From assembly GCA_963733295.1 (NCBI GenBank), contig CAVTCS010000005.1, positions 96,001 through 160,000 of the forward strand: DNA of 64,000 nt, read 5' to 3'. The position numbers and the translations under genes are program-made. Below are positions 48,795 to 56,991 of this stretch, piece after piece. The notes under the pieces were generated by a model that was not told the origin of the DNA, made no database searches, and saw only the letters and a list, made by a program, of their open reading frames with translations. The stretch is from Vulcanimicrobiota bacterium (GTDB taxonomy: Bacteria > Vulcanimicrobiota > Vulcanimicrobiia > Vulcanimicrobiales > Vulcanimicrobiaceae). Every line of letters begins with the position of its first letter. The first letter of the stretch is position 1.

Positions 48795-50369
48795 ATGAAC
48801 GTCGCAGCCGTCGCGTTCGCAGTCGCGGTAGCAACCGCGCCCGCGTCGCAGGTCGCGCCGCCGGCGGAGGTTACGCAGCCGTTTCCTACGCCGTCGCCCG
48901 TCGATGGACTGACCGTCGCCGACATCACCGCGAAGTGGCGCGTCGCCAGCGGCGCTACCAAGGGGGTCGCTAACGAGACTCAAGTTTGGAAGATTCACCG
49001 TTACGGACTCGACGGCACGATGCGCGTCGTCGTCCGCGGTCGCGATTCCGTTTCGACGACGCAGTTGGGGTCGTTCCTTAGCGCTTCGGGCATGAGCGGC
49101 GGCAAGCCCTGGCGTCAAAACGCGAACGGCCAGATCCTCGCTTCGCAGCTCGCGGGGCACGATGGCGAGGTGCGGCCTGCAGCGCAGAGACTTACTCACG
49201 TCACCTCTCCCGTGGATGCGTACGTAGTCGAATCGATCGCCGCGAACGGCGACACGAGCCGCCGTTTTTACGACTCGCGAACGTTCCTTATCGTGCGGCG
49301 CGAGCTCAACGCGTACGGAGTGCAGTCGTTCAGCGCGTACGACGACTTCGTCACCGACGCCGCGGGCCGAACCTTCGCTCACCACAGTTCCGGTGGCAAC
49401 CAATTCCCGAACAACGCATGGGACGAGCAGCTCGTCTCCGACGACCTGAAAACGCCGGTCGGATCCCAAGACGTCGCGATCCCCGCTAACCAACGGACGC
49501 TCGTCGAGTTTCCAGCGGGCCACAGTACGGTTCGTCTTCCCGCCCGCATCGTCGACGGCGCCATCATCGTGCGCGTCCAGATCGCGGGCCGCGGGATCGA
49601 CCTCGTACTGGACAGCGGCACGAGTTCGATCGTGCTCGATCGAGGAATCGCTTCCGAACTCGGCGTGCAAACGGTGGGAGATCACACCGAGACGGTCGCC
49701 GGCAACGTCAAGTCCGGCGTCGCTAAGGTTCCCGAGATGAAGATCGGCGAATTGACGCTGCACGACGTGGCCGTCGACTCGTTGCCCTTTTCGTTCGCAG
49801 TCAATCCGGCGACGAAGGCCGTAGGGTTGCTCGGTTTCGATTTTCTCGACGGCGCGGCCGTCACGATCGATTACGCGAAAGGAACGGTCGACGCAACCGC
49901 GCCGAGCGCGTTCGTCCCCGACGCGAACGCTTCCGACATTCCCGCACGCTTCGATCGCGGTGTGCCTGAGGTCGCCTTAAGCATGGGTCCAACCAAGGGC
50001 GAACGCTTCATCGTCGACACCGGAGCGACAGGGCAGACGATCATCCTCTTCCAGCGGTTCGTGCACCTCAACGCGAGCGAGATTCCCAAGGAGGCTAGAA
50101 GCGGGAACGGCGGCATCGTCGCCGAGATGATCGGCGGTACGGTCGCGAGCGTGCCCATCGTGATTCACAACGTCGTTCTCGGCGAGTGGCGGATCCCGGA
50201 AGTCCACGGCTTGCTGGCTCACTCGCCGGCCGTTTTCGACTACGACGACGGCCTCCTCGGTTCAGATTTCCTGAATCTGTTCCGCATCACGCTCGACGAG
50301 TTCCACGGGAAGCTGTACGTCACACCCGTCGAGGACGTAAGCGCTCCCTCGCCGGCTCCCAGCCGCTGA
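48795..50369 (+). CDS. Secreted aspartyl protease with two retropepsin-like domains (paralog 3)
   Basis: Signal peptide, LVLDSGTS...GLLG, IVDTGAT...DGLLG; closely similar to paralog 2. Confidence 0.88.
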   Translation: MNVAAVAFAVAVATAPASQVAPPAEVTQPFPTPSPVDGLTVADITAKWRVASGATKGVANETQVWKIHRYGLDGTMRVVVRGRDSVSTTQLGSFLSASGMSGGKPWRQNANGQILASQLAGHDGEVRPAAQRLTHVTSPVDAYVVESIAANGDTSRRFYDSRTFLIVRRELNAYGVQSFSAYDDFVTDAAGRTFAHHSSGGNQFPNNAWDEQLVSDDLKTPVGSQDVAIPANQRTLVEFPAGHSTVRLPARIVDGAIIVRVQIAGRGIDLVLDSGTSSIVLDRGIASELGVQTVGDHTETVAGNVKSGVAKVPEMKIGELTLHDVAVDSLPFSFAVNPATKAVGLLGFDFLDGAAVTIDYAKGTVDATAPSAFVPDANASDIPARFDRGVPEVALSMGPTKGERFIVDTGATGQTIILFQRFVHLNASEIPKEARSGNGGIVAEMIGGTVASVPIVIHNVVLGEWRIPEVHGLLAHSPAVFDYDDGLLGSDFLNLFRITLDEFHGKLYVTPVEDVSAPSPAPSR

Positions 50370-50406
50370 GAATTCCAGCCGCAGCGCCGCGCTCAGACAG
50401 TCGGCG

Positions 50407-50435
50407 TTGACGCTCGGGGGCCTACCTGCTATCAT
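50407..50435 (+). promoter_or_regulatory. Sigma70-type promoter of the infC operon
   Basis: TTGACG-17 nt-TATCAT with an extended TG. Confidence 0.75.
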
Positions 50436-50441
50436 CCCTGA

Positions 50442-50562
50442 GCCGAAGCAGGACCGCCTTTTAGGCGATCCTCACCGAACGCCTCCGGCGTTTCGGTCGC
50501 CCGACGGGAGCCGCCGGTAGGCTCCATTCGTGTGGGATGCTTTGGCGTCGCCACTTTTTTTT
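50442..50562 (+). ncRNA. L20 leader-like cis-regulatory RNA
   Basis: GAAGCA-[hairpin]-TCACC...GTG arrangement resembles L20 leaders; located upstream of infC-rpmI-rplT and ending in an intrinsic terminator. Confidence 0.65.
50532..50562 (+). terminator. Attenuator terminator in the infC leader
   Basis: GTGG-GATGC-tttg-GCGTC-g-CCAC followed by T8. Confidence 0.75.
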
Positions 50563-50582
50563 GCTCCAAGGAGACCTCGCTC

Positions 50583-51296
50583 ATAGCACGACCGCTGCGC
50601 ATTAACGATCAGATCCGAATTCGCCAAGTACGCGTCATCGACGACGAAGGCACGCAACTCGGCGTCATGCCGACCGAAAACGCACTCGCGCTCGCGCGAC
50701 AGAAGGGCCTCGACCTGATCGAGGTTTCCCCGACTGCAGTGCCACCGGTCTGCCGGATCAGCGACTACGGACGTCTCAAGTACGAACAGTCGAAAAAAGA
50801 TAAAGACGCGCGCAAAAAACAGAAAAATTGGGAGCTGAAGGAAGTTAAACTTCGTCCCAAGATCGAGAACCACGACTACGAAACCAAAGCCCGCATGGCC
50901 GAGCGCCTCTTGCTCGACGGCGGCAAAGTCAAGGTAACGATCATGTTTCGCGGTCGCGAAATCACCTACACGAGCTTCGGGAAACGGCTTCTCGACCGGA
51001 TGGCGGCAGACATGACCCCGATCGCAACGGTCGAGCGCGAAGCCAAACTCGAAGGTAAGAACATGTTCATGATCCTGGCCCCGCGGCCGGTTCCGAGCGG
51101 GCCGCCGAAATTCACGTCGTTGCTCCATCCCGAGCGAGCGGCCGGCGCGCCCGAACCGGTTCACACCAACCGAACCGCGCACGCCACTGAAACTGCCCAC
51201 GCCGAGGCCGATAGTACGACGGTGACCTCGGCCTCAGCCGACAATCAAAACCACAAGGTAGAACCCGACACCGAAGGAGTCCCTTCCAGTGCCTAA
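50583..51296 (+). CDS. infC: Translation initiation factor IF-3 (ATA start, long C-terminal extension)
   Basis: RINDQIR..VRVI, PPVCRI.DYG, KEVKLRP, FRGRE; AAGGAG 9 nt before an in-frame ATA. Confidence 0.96.
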   Translation: MARPLRINDQIRIRQVRVIDDEGTQLGVMPTENALALARQKGLDLIEVSPTAVPPVCRISDYGRLKYEQSKKDKDARKKQKNWELKEVKLRPKIENHDYETKARMAERLLLDGGKVKVTIMFRGREITYTSFGKRLLDRMAADMTPIATVEREAKLEGKNMFMILAPRPVPSGPPKFTSLLHPERAAGAPEPVHTNRTAHATETAHAEADSTTVTSASADNQNHKVEPDTEGVPSSA

Positions 51297-51495
51297 GATC
51301 AGAACTCACCGGGGAACCGCGAAACGCGTGAAAGTCAGCGCGAACGGCATCGTCACGCATCGCGCTCAGTTCAGCGGTTGCGGCCACATCCTCAGCAAGA
51401 AGACGCGCAAGCGCAAGCGGAAATTCCGCAAGGACCAACCTGTTTTCGCAGGTGATCTGAAGCGCTTCGCGCCGCAGATTCCCTACCTTCTATAG
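51289..51495 (+). CDS. rpmI: 50S ribosomal protein L35
   Basis: MPKIRTHRGTAKR...HILSKK; synteny. Confidence 0.95.
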   Translation: MPKIRTHRGTAKRVKVSANGIVTHRAQFSGCGHILSKKTRKRKRKFRKDQPVFAGDLKRFAPQIPYLL

Positions 51496-51507
51496 GAGCT
51501 AGGTTCG

Positions 51508-51891
51508 ATGGCACGCATCAAGCGCGGACTCAACAAGATCAAGCACCGGCGCAAAGTCATGAAGCTCGTCAAAGGCTTCAGGGCAGCTCGCCGCCGCAAC
51601 TACCGCGTTGCGAACGAAGCGCTCCTCCACTCGCTGAGCTACGCATACCGCGACCGCCGAGTGCGCAAGCGCGACTTCCGCTCGCTCTGGATCAGCCGCA
51701 TCAACGCCGCGGCCCGGCGGGAAGGTCTCACATATTCGAGGCTGATCGACGGACTAAAGAAGAGCGGCGTTACGTTGAATAGAAAAGCACTGGCCGATCT
51801 GGCAGTGCGCGATCAGGCCGCCTTCGACTCCCTCTTGGCCGTGGCCAAGGCGCAGTTAGAAGAGCGGACCTCGACGCAGGTCGCCTCGTAG
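51508..51891 (+). CDS. rplT: 50S ribosomal protein L20
   Basis: [33 protein letters not shown]. Confidence 0.97.
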   Translation: MARIKRGLNKIKHRRKVMKLVKGFRAARRRNYRVANEALLHSLSYAYRDRRVRKRDFRSLWISRINAAARREGLTYSRLIDGLKKSGVTLNRKALADLAVRDQAAFDSLLAVAKAQLEERTSTQVAS

Positions 51892-51920
51892 ACCGAAAAT
51901 CCCGTCCGAAGGGACAACCC

Positions 51921-52793
51921 ATGCCCATCCCCACTCGTATCGCCAAGCGAGACTGGCCGGCTTTCATAGCTCTCGCAATAATTCACATTGGTGCGCTCGG
52001 CGTCTTCATCCCCGCCTTTTTCTCGTGGTGGGCCATCGGCGTCGCGGTGCTGCTTTACTTCGTCACCGGCATGGGGGTAACGCTCGGGTATCATCGGTTG
52101 TTGACGCATCGCAGCCTCACGATGCCCCGGCCGCTCGAGTATCTCGTGGCGGCTTGCGGCTGCATGTCGCTGCAAGGCGGTCCGCTCGACTGGGTCGCGA
52201 CGCATCGCGCGCATCACGCGCACTCCGACGCCGACGGCGACCCGCACGATGCGAATCGCGGCATGCCCTGGGCTCACTTTGAGTGGCTGTATCGCTCGAA
52301 CAAAGATCGCGTCGAAGAGAGCGAGTGGCCGCGCTGGGTTCCAGATTTACTGAAGGACCCCGCCTACCTCGCGCTCGAGCGTTATCACCTCGTGCTGAGC
52401 TTGGCGCTCGGTGTCGTGCTCTTTCTCATCGGCGGCTGGTCGTTCGTCATCTGGGGCCTCTTCGCTCGCCTGGTCTTCACCTACCACTGCACTTGGCTCG
52501 TCAACAGCGCGTCGCACGCCGTCGGATATCAGACCTTCCGCACCGGCGATCGCTCGACGAACAACTGGTGGGTCGCGCTCCTGAGCTTCGGTGAAGGCTG
52601 GCACAACAACCACCACGCTTTCCCGTTCTCGGCGCGTCACGGCATGCGCTGGTTCGAGTTCGACATAACGTACTACACGATCAAGGTGCTGCGCTTGCTG
52701 CGCTTGGCTTCGAACGTGAAGCTGCCGACGCGCGAGATGATGAAACGCCTCCAGCAGCAAATGCCGCCGCGGCCGGCCAGGCGCGCCGGCTAG
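51921..52793 (+). CDS. Delta-9 fatty acid desaturase (DesC/OLE1-like)
   Basis: His boxes HRLLTH, HRAHH and HNNHH; GEGWHNNHH. Confidence 0.93.
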   Translation: MPIPTRIAKRDWPAFIALAIIHIGALGVFIPAFFSWWAIGVAVLLYFVTGMGVTLGYHRLLTHRSLTMPRPLEYLVAACGCMSLQGGPLDWVATHRAHHAHSDADGDPHDANRGMPWAHFEWLYRSNKDRVEESEWPRWVPDLLKDPAYLALERYHLVLSLALGVVLFLIGGWSFVIWGLFARLVFTYHCTWLVNSASHAVGYQTFRTGDRSTNNWWVALLSFGEGWHNNHHAFPFSARHGMRWFEFDITYYTIKVLRLLRLASNVKLPTREMMKRLQQQMPPRPARRAG

Positions 52794-53311
52794 CCGAACG
52801 CCCGCGCCCAAGCGAGGGCAACCTGTGTCTTCGCATCGCGCAAGCGGTCGCTTTCGACGAGGCGCCACGCATCTTCGACGTTCCAGGTGCGGATCTCGAA
52901 CTGCTCGTCATCTTCGGGCGCCGCTTCTCCGAGCGTGAGCCCCTCAGCCACGAAGAGATGAATACGCTCGTTGCAAAAGCCCGGCGTCGTGTACAGGCTG
53001 AACAAGAAACGTAGCGCGCGAGCGCGGTAGCCGGTTTCTTCGATCAGTTCGCGGCGCGCGGTCTCGAGCGGCGGTTCGCCGCGTTCGATCATCCCGGCCG
53101 GCACCTCCCACAGCTCCTCCCCGACCGCGTGCCGATATTGCCGGACCAAAACGATTTCGCGCGGCGAGGGCTGGGCGACGATCGCAACGCCGCCCACGTG
53201 TTCGACGACCTCGACGTCGCGATGCAGGTCGCTGTGATAGGCGTCGATTTCGTCGACGCGCAGGTTGACGACGCGTCCCTCGTAGACGTGGCGCGAAGAA
53301 TGGACGCGCAT
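52790..53311 (-). CDS. NUDIX hydrolase (ADP-ribose pyrophosphatase-like)
   Basis: QYR, EVPAG...E...ARRELIEETG, PGF, DAKT; ATG 53311. Confidence 0.9.
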   Translation of the reverse strand: MRVHSSRHVYEGRVVNLRVDEIDAYHSDLHRDVEVVEHVGGVAIVAQPSPREIVLVRQYRHAVGEELWEVPAGMIERGEPPLETARRELIEETGYRARALRFLFSLYTTPGFCNERIHLFVAEGLTLGEAAPEDDEQFEIRTWNVEDAWRLVESDRLRDAKTQVALAWARAFG

Positions 53312-53315
53312 TCGT

Positions 53316-53672
53316 CTAGGCCGCCTTGGGCGCGAACCGCGCGAGCAACTCGATCGCCAGGCCGAAAAGCGCCGCGCACAGCGCGGCCCCCAGCGACCAG
53401 CGGGCCGGGTGCGCGACGAATGCGATGGCGGACACAATCGCTGCCAGAAAGGCGACGTCGCGCGAGACCCGCAGGCGCGCGTGCGGGCCGCCGGCGAGGT
53501 AGTTCCGGCGGACGGCCAGCAGCTGCACGAGGCCGATGACGGCCAGAGCGGTCAGCGCCGCCGCCGGGAAGCGGGCTATCTCGCCCAGCAGACTCCGGCC
53601 GCCGGTCAGGAGCACCAAGGCGATGACGACGAGCGAGCCGGTCTCGACCGCCCGCGCGGTAGGAGAGAGCAC
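53316..53672 (-). CDS. Hypothetical membrane protein (about 4 TM)
   Basis: Hydrophobic ORF directly upstream of the NUDIX gene; start uncertain. Confidence 0.6.
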   Translation of the reverse strand: MLSPTARAVETGSLVVIALVLLTGGRSLLGEIARFPAAALTALAVIGLVQLLAVRRNYLAGGPHARLRVSRDVAFLAAIVSAIAFVAHPARWSLGAALCAALFGLAIELLARFAPKAA

Positions 53673-53692
53673 CGCCGTCGAATTCCGCGCGC

Positions 53693-54499
53693 ATGCCGAT
53701 CGCCCTCGGGGCACATTCACCGAAGCTCGATCCCGTTCGAGCTTTGCGCTCGAAGGAGGGCCGCAGGAGTCAGCAGCGCTTCGCGATCGAGGGACCGACG
53801 TTGCTCCGGGAGGCCCTGGCGAGTGGCCGGCGCCCCGAGGCGGTGTACGCGACGGAAGAGGCCTGGTCTGCCTTCTTACGCTCGGACCCGGACCCCGAGC
53901 TGCCCCTCTATTTCGTCCCGGAACGGGCCCTCACGAAGCTCTCGGAGCTCGAGACCCCACCGGGCATCCTGGCGGTCCTACCGCTCGGCCTCGAGCCCCT
54001 AGCCGGCCTTTTCGAGGACCCCGCACCGGCCGTGCTTTTGGCCGGCGTCGCCGACCCGGGCAACGCCGGCACCCTGCTTCGCTCGGCCGAGATTTTCGGC
54101 ATTTCGAAGGCGATTTTCGGGCGCGGAAGTGTCGAGCCGCACAATCCTAAGGTCGTACGCGCCACAATGGGCGCCCTGTTCCGAATGCGCGTCGCCGTCG
54201 CCGCTCCGGACGAGTTCTTAACGGCCGCGCATGCCGGTCGTTTCGTCGTAGTCGCCGCCTCCCGGGAGGGCCTCCCGCTGGACCGCTTTCACTTCCCCGA
54301 ACGGGTCGTGGTCGCGGTCGGCAACGAGCGCAACGGCGTGCGCGATTGGCTTCCCCGCTGGGATCTAGGGGTTGCCATTCCTCAGCCCGGCGGGGGCGAG
54401 AGCCTGAACGCGGCGATCGCCGGGAGCATCATCTTTTACGAGCTTTCCAAGCGTTTTCGGGACAGCTCAAGTGAGGCCGTGACCCCGCCGAAACCCTGA
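53693..54499 (+). CDS. TrmH/SpoU-family RNA methyltransferase
   Basis: DPGNAGTLLRSA, RATMG, GNE..G, ESLNAAIA. Confidence 0.92.
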   Translation: MPIALGAHSPKLDPVRALRSKEGRRSQQRFAIEGPTLLREALASGRRPEAVYATEEAWSAFLRSDPDPELPLYFVPERALTKLSELETPPGILAVLPLGLEPLAGLFEDPAPAVLLAGVADPGNAGTLLRSAEIFGISKAIFGRGSVEPHNPKVVRATMGALFRMRVAVAAPDEFLTAAHAGRFVVVAASREGLPLDRFHFPERVVVAVGNERNGVRDWLPRWDLGVAIPQPGGGESLNAAIAGSIIFYELSKRFRDSSSEAVTPPKP

Positions 54500-54510
54500 T
54501 TTGTCAAGAC

Positions 54511-54539
54511 TTGGCGGGCCATAGGCCCTATGTTATACT
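54511..54539 (+). promoter_or_regulatory. Sigma70-type promoter upstream of the small ORF/pheS
   Basis: TTGGCG-17 nt-TATACT with an extended TG. Confidence 0.65.
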
Positions 54540-54602
54540 CAAGTCCGTTCTCGATGTCGGCGTCAGCCGTGGCAAATTGAAAAGAAGGGTACACGCTCAC
54601 TC

Positions 54603-54704
54603 ATGCGCACTAGCGACCGCTTCTGGAAACTGTTCACGAGCACGGGATCCGTCTACGCATATCTTATCTATCGACAGGTCAACCAAGCAGTGGCGAGTAG
54701 CTGA
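54603..54704 (+). CDS. 33-aa YqzL-like small protein, possible leader peptide
   Basis: MRTSDRFWKLFTSTGSVYAYLIYRQVNQAVASS; the W-x-x-F-x-x-T-G-x-x-x-x-Y-L-x-Y pattern matches YqzL as recalled. Confidence 0.7.
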   Translation: MRTSDRFWKLFTSTGSVYAYLIYRQVNQAVASS

Positions 54705-54728
54705 AAGGCCCTAGAACTCACGAAGTTC

Positions 54729-54765
54729 AACGAGAGCCTGGCCGATGGCCGGGCTCTCGTTTTTT
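54729..54765 (+). terminator. Strong intrinsic terminator directly upstream of pheS
   Basis: AACGAGAGCCTGGCC-gat-GGCCGGGCTCTCGTT followed by a T tract. Confidence 0.85.
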
Positions 54766-54798
54766 CAGCAGCATTTCGGCCGGGCAGGGAGAGAGACG

Positions 54799-55827
54799 AT
54801 CGGTCAACTGGCTGACGACCTAGCGGCGCTTGGAGCGCGTCTGAACGACGCTCTCGCCCGCGTTACCGACGAAGCCGGTCTCGAAGCCGTCCGTATTGCC
54901 TTCCTCGGGCGGAGCGGCGAGGTAACGGCGGTTCGTCGCAGCATCGGAAGCCTTCCTCCGCCCGACCGTCCCGGCGCCGGGAAGGCGATCAACGACGGCG
55001 TCGCCGTGCTCGAAACGCAAATCGAAGCGAAAGCTTTGGAGCTGAAACGGGCCGCGCTCGAAGCGCGGCTCTCGTCGAGCATCGACGTGACCTTTCCGGG
55101 TGTCGCCCCGCGCACCGGCTCGACGCACCCACTGCGCCGCACCCTCGAAGATGCGTGTGCCTACTTCGAGCGGCGCGGGTTCGCGGTCGTGCTCGGACCC
55201 GAGATCGAGACCGAATACTACAACTTCGACGCGCTCAACATTCCCGCAGACCATCCGGCGCGCGAAGACCTCGATTCGTTTTACCTTCGGCCCGGGTTGC
55301 TGCTGCGCACCCACACCTCGCCGATGCAGATCCGCACCATGCAGCAGCATCCGCCGCCGATCGCGATCGTCACGCCCGGCAAAGCGTACCGCCGCGACGC
55401 ACTCGACGCACGTCACTCGTACATGTTCAACCAGATCGAAGGTCTGCTGGTAGCCCACGGCATCCATCTCGGCCACCTCAAGGGCATGCTCACCGGAATG
55501 TGCCGCGAGCTGTTCGGGCCGAATCAGGCGGTGCGTTTCCGGCCGTCATTTTTTCCCTTCACCGAGCCGAGCGCGGAAGTCGACACGACCTGTCCGGGCT
55601 GCGCGGGAAATGGCTGCAAGACGTGCGGCGGTTCGGGCTGGATCGAGCTCGGCGGGTGCGGCATGGTTCATCCGCGCGTCTTGCGCGAGGTCGGATACGA
55701 TCCGGACGAGGTCACGGGCTGGGCCTTCGGCGTCGGGGTCGAGCGAATCGCGATGACGCGCTACGACATCGACGATATCCGCGTGCTCTTCGAGAACGAT
55801 CCCCGGACCCTCGCGCAACTCGCGTAG
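54799..55827 (+). CDS. pheS: Phenylalanine--tRNA ligase alpha subunit (start uncertain: ATG 54745 lies in the terminator loop; ATC 54799 and CTG 54808 follow a purine-rich SD)
   Basis: HPL, NFDALN..DHPAR, LRTHTSP.Q, FRPSFFPFTEPS, AFG.G.ER. Confidence 0.96.
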   Translation: MGQLADDLAALGARLNDALARVTDEAGLEAVRIAFLGRSGEVTAVRRSIGSLPPPDRPGAGKAINDGVAVLETQIEAKALELKRAALEARLSSSIDVTFPGVAPRTGSTHPLRRTLEDACAYFERRGFAVVLGPEIETEYYNFDALNIPADHPAREDLDSFYLRPGLLLRTHTSPMQIRTMQQHPPPIAIVTPGKAYRRDALDARHSYMFNQIEGLLVAHGIHLGHLKGMLTGMCRELFGPNQAVRFRPSFFPFTEPSAEVDTTCPGCAGNGCKTCGGSGWIELGGCGMVHPRVLREVGYDPDEVTGWAFGVGVERIAMTRYDIDDIRVLFENDPRTLAQLA

Positions 55828-55870
55828 CCAGGATCTTCTATGCAATCTTAACTGCAGAGAACAGTCGAAC

Positions 55871-55899
55871 TTGACGCAGTTATCAGTACGTGATAATAA
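55871..55899 (+). promoter_or_regulatory. TA operon promoter with a palindromic operator
   Basis: TTGACG -35; palindrome TTATCA-gtacg-TGATAA (55880-55896) overlapping the -10 region. Confidence 0.6.
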
Positions 55900-55905
55900 G
55901 GCCCA

Positions 55906-56260
55906 GTGGCAACACCCCCGCACCATGGTCTCGAGCGGCTTTTGGAGTTCGACGGCGAGGTGCTCGTGATTTCGGAGGACGGCCAGTACTGGGTAAAATT
56001 TGAGATCCGGCAGGTGCCCTCCTCAGCCGGTAAGCCTCATGGATTGGCACTATTCGTTTACACTCCACGGACCTCGGAACGAACGCCTGGTAGGGTTTGA
56101 CAACGCTCATCCCGTGCCGCCAACGAGGTGGGGTGAAGCCCAAGATCATCGCCATTTCGGCAAGAAGGCGAAGCCGTACGAATACTCTGATCCGGTAGCG
56201 CTATTGGAAGAATTCTGGGCCGCGGTCGATGCAGTCCTAAAAGAGAGACGTGTGAACTGA
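55906..56260 (+). pseudogene. DUF6516/TumE-like toxin, frameshifted near 56047
   Basis: Frame 1 ...KPHGL then frame 2 HYSFTLH...RLVGFDNAH...DHRH...LLEEF; removing one G restores a continuous ORF of about 117 aa. Confidence 0.75.
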
Positions 56261-56655
56261 TGAAGACAATGCGAATTGGGATTGCTGGTTACGAGCAGAT
56301 GAAGGCGCGTACGATAGCGATTGCTCGAGGGGAACATAGGCCAAAGGCTAACGAGCCGAAGGTATGGTTCCGATCCATCGAGTCGGTCGCCAAAGTGCTT
56401 TCTGCCGGGAATCAAGAGCTACTGCGCGTTATAGTTTCTCAACGTCCTCGCTCATTAGATGAGCTGTCAAAGCTATCGGGACGGCAGAAGTCAAACCTTT
56501 CCCGTACACTGCGAACGATGGAGCGCTACGGCATCGTGCACCTAGAGCGCGGGGAACGCGGTAGACTCGTTCCAAGCGTGACACATGAGAGATTTACCGT
56601 CGATCTACCCCCCTTAACGAGCGGACACGGTTTTCACAGGAGCAAGAGCGTTTGA
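56260..56655 (+). CDS. HTH antitoxin/transcriptional regulator (HVO_A0114-like)
   Basis: WF.SIES..KVLS..N.ELL, SLDEL....GR.KSNLSRTL..M..YG; TGATG coupling to the toxin; lower GC. Confidence 0.82.
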   Translation: MKTMRIGIAGYEQMKARTIAIARGEHRPKANEPKVWFRSIESVAKVLSAGNQELLRVIVSQRPRSLDELSKLSGRQKSNLSRTLRTMERYGIVHLERGERGRLVPSVTHERFTVDLPPLTSGHGFHRSKSV

Positions 56656-56991
56656 GGTGTTACCGCGGTAATTTCCCCGCGATATAAAGGCGAACAGTCT
56701 CGCAGCAACCTCGAAGGGCATTGGGCGGCCTTTTGCAACCTTCTTGGACGGCGTTATGAATTTTAACCGATAGACTTTAGCGGTTGGATCCGGATCGGCG
56801 CTCGCTGCCAGTCGCACCAGCTGCGAGCCAAACGCTATTGTATCGCCGGGTTTGCCGCAATGCAGCACCGTCGGACACATAAGAACCGGCGCATTTCGAG
56901 CTCCGACCGAGACACGAGAAAACTTGCGTTTCCGGTCATCTGGAAGTCGCCAGGCATGGCGCGGCTCCCCGCCCGGCGTACTACGCGCTAG

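Noticed and set aside
54540..54765. T-box riboswitch upstream of pheS
   Set aside because: No AGGGTGGnACCGCG T-box or specifier stem recognised; the region instead encodes a YqzL-like ORF.
56614..56880. Minus-strand ORF between the antitoxin and pheT
   Set aside because: No recognisable motif or RBS, and it overlaps the antitoxin 3' end; at most a gene remnant.
55828..56991. IS element or prophage remnant around the TA pair
   Set aside because: No transposase or integrase, terminal inverted repeats or clear direct repeats were seen.
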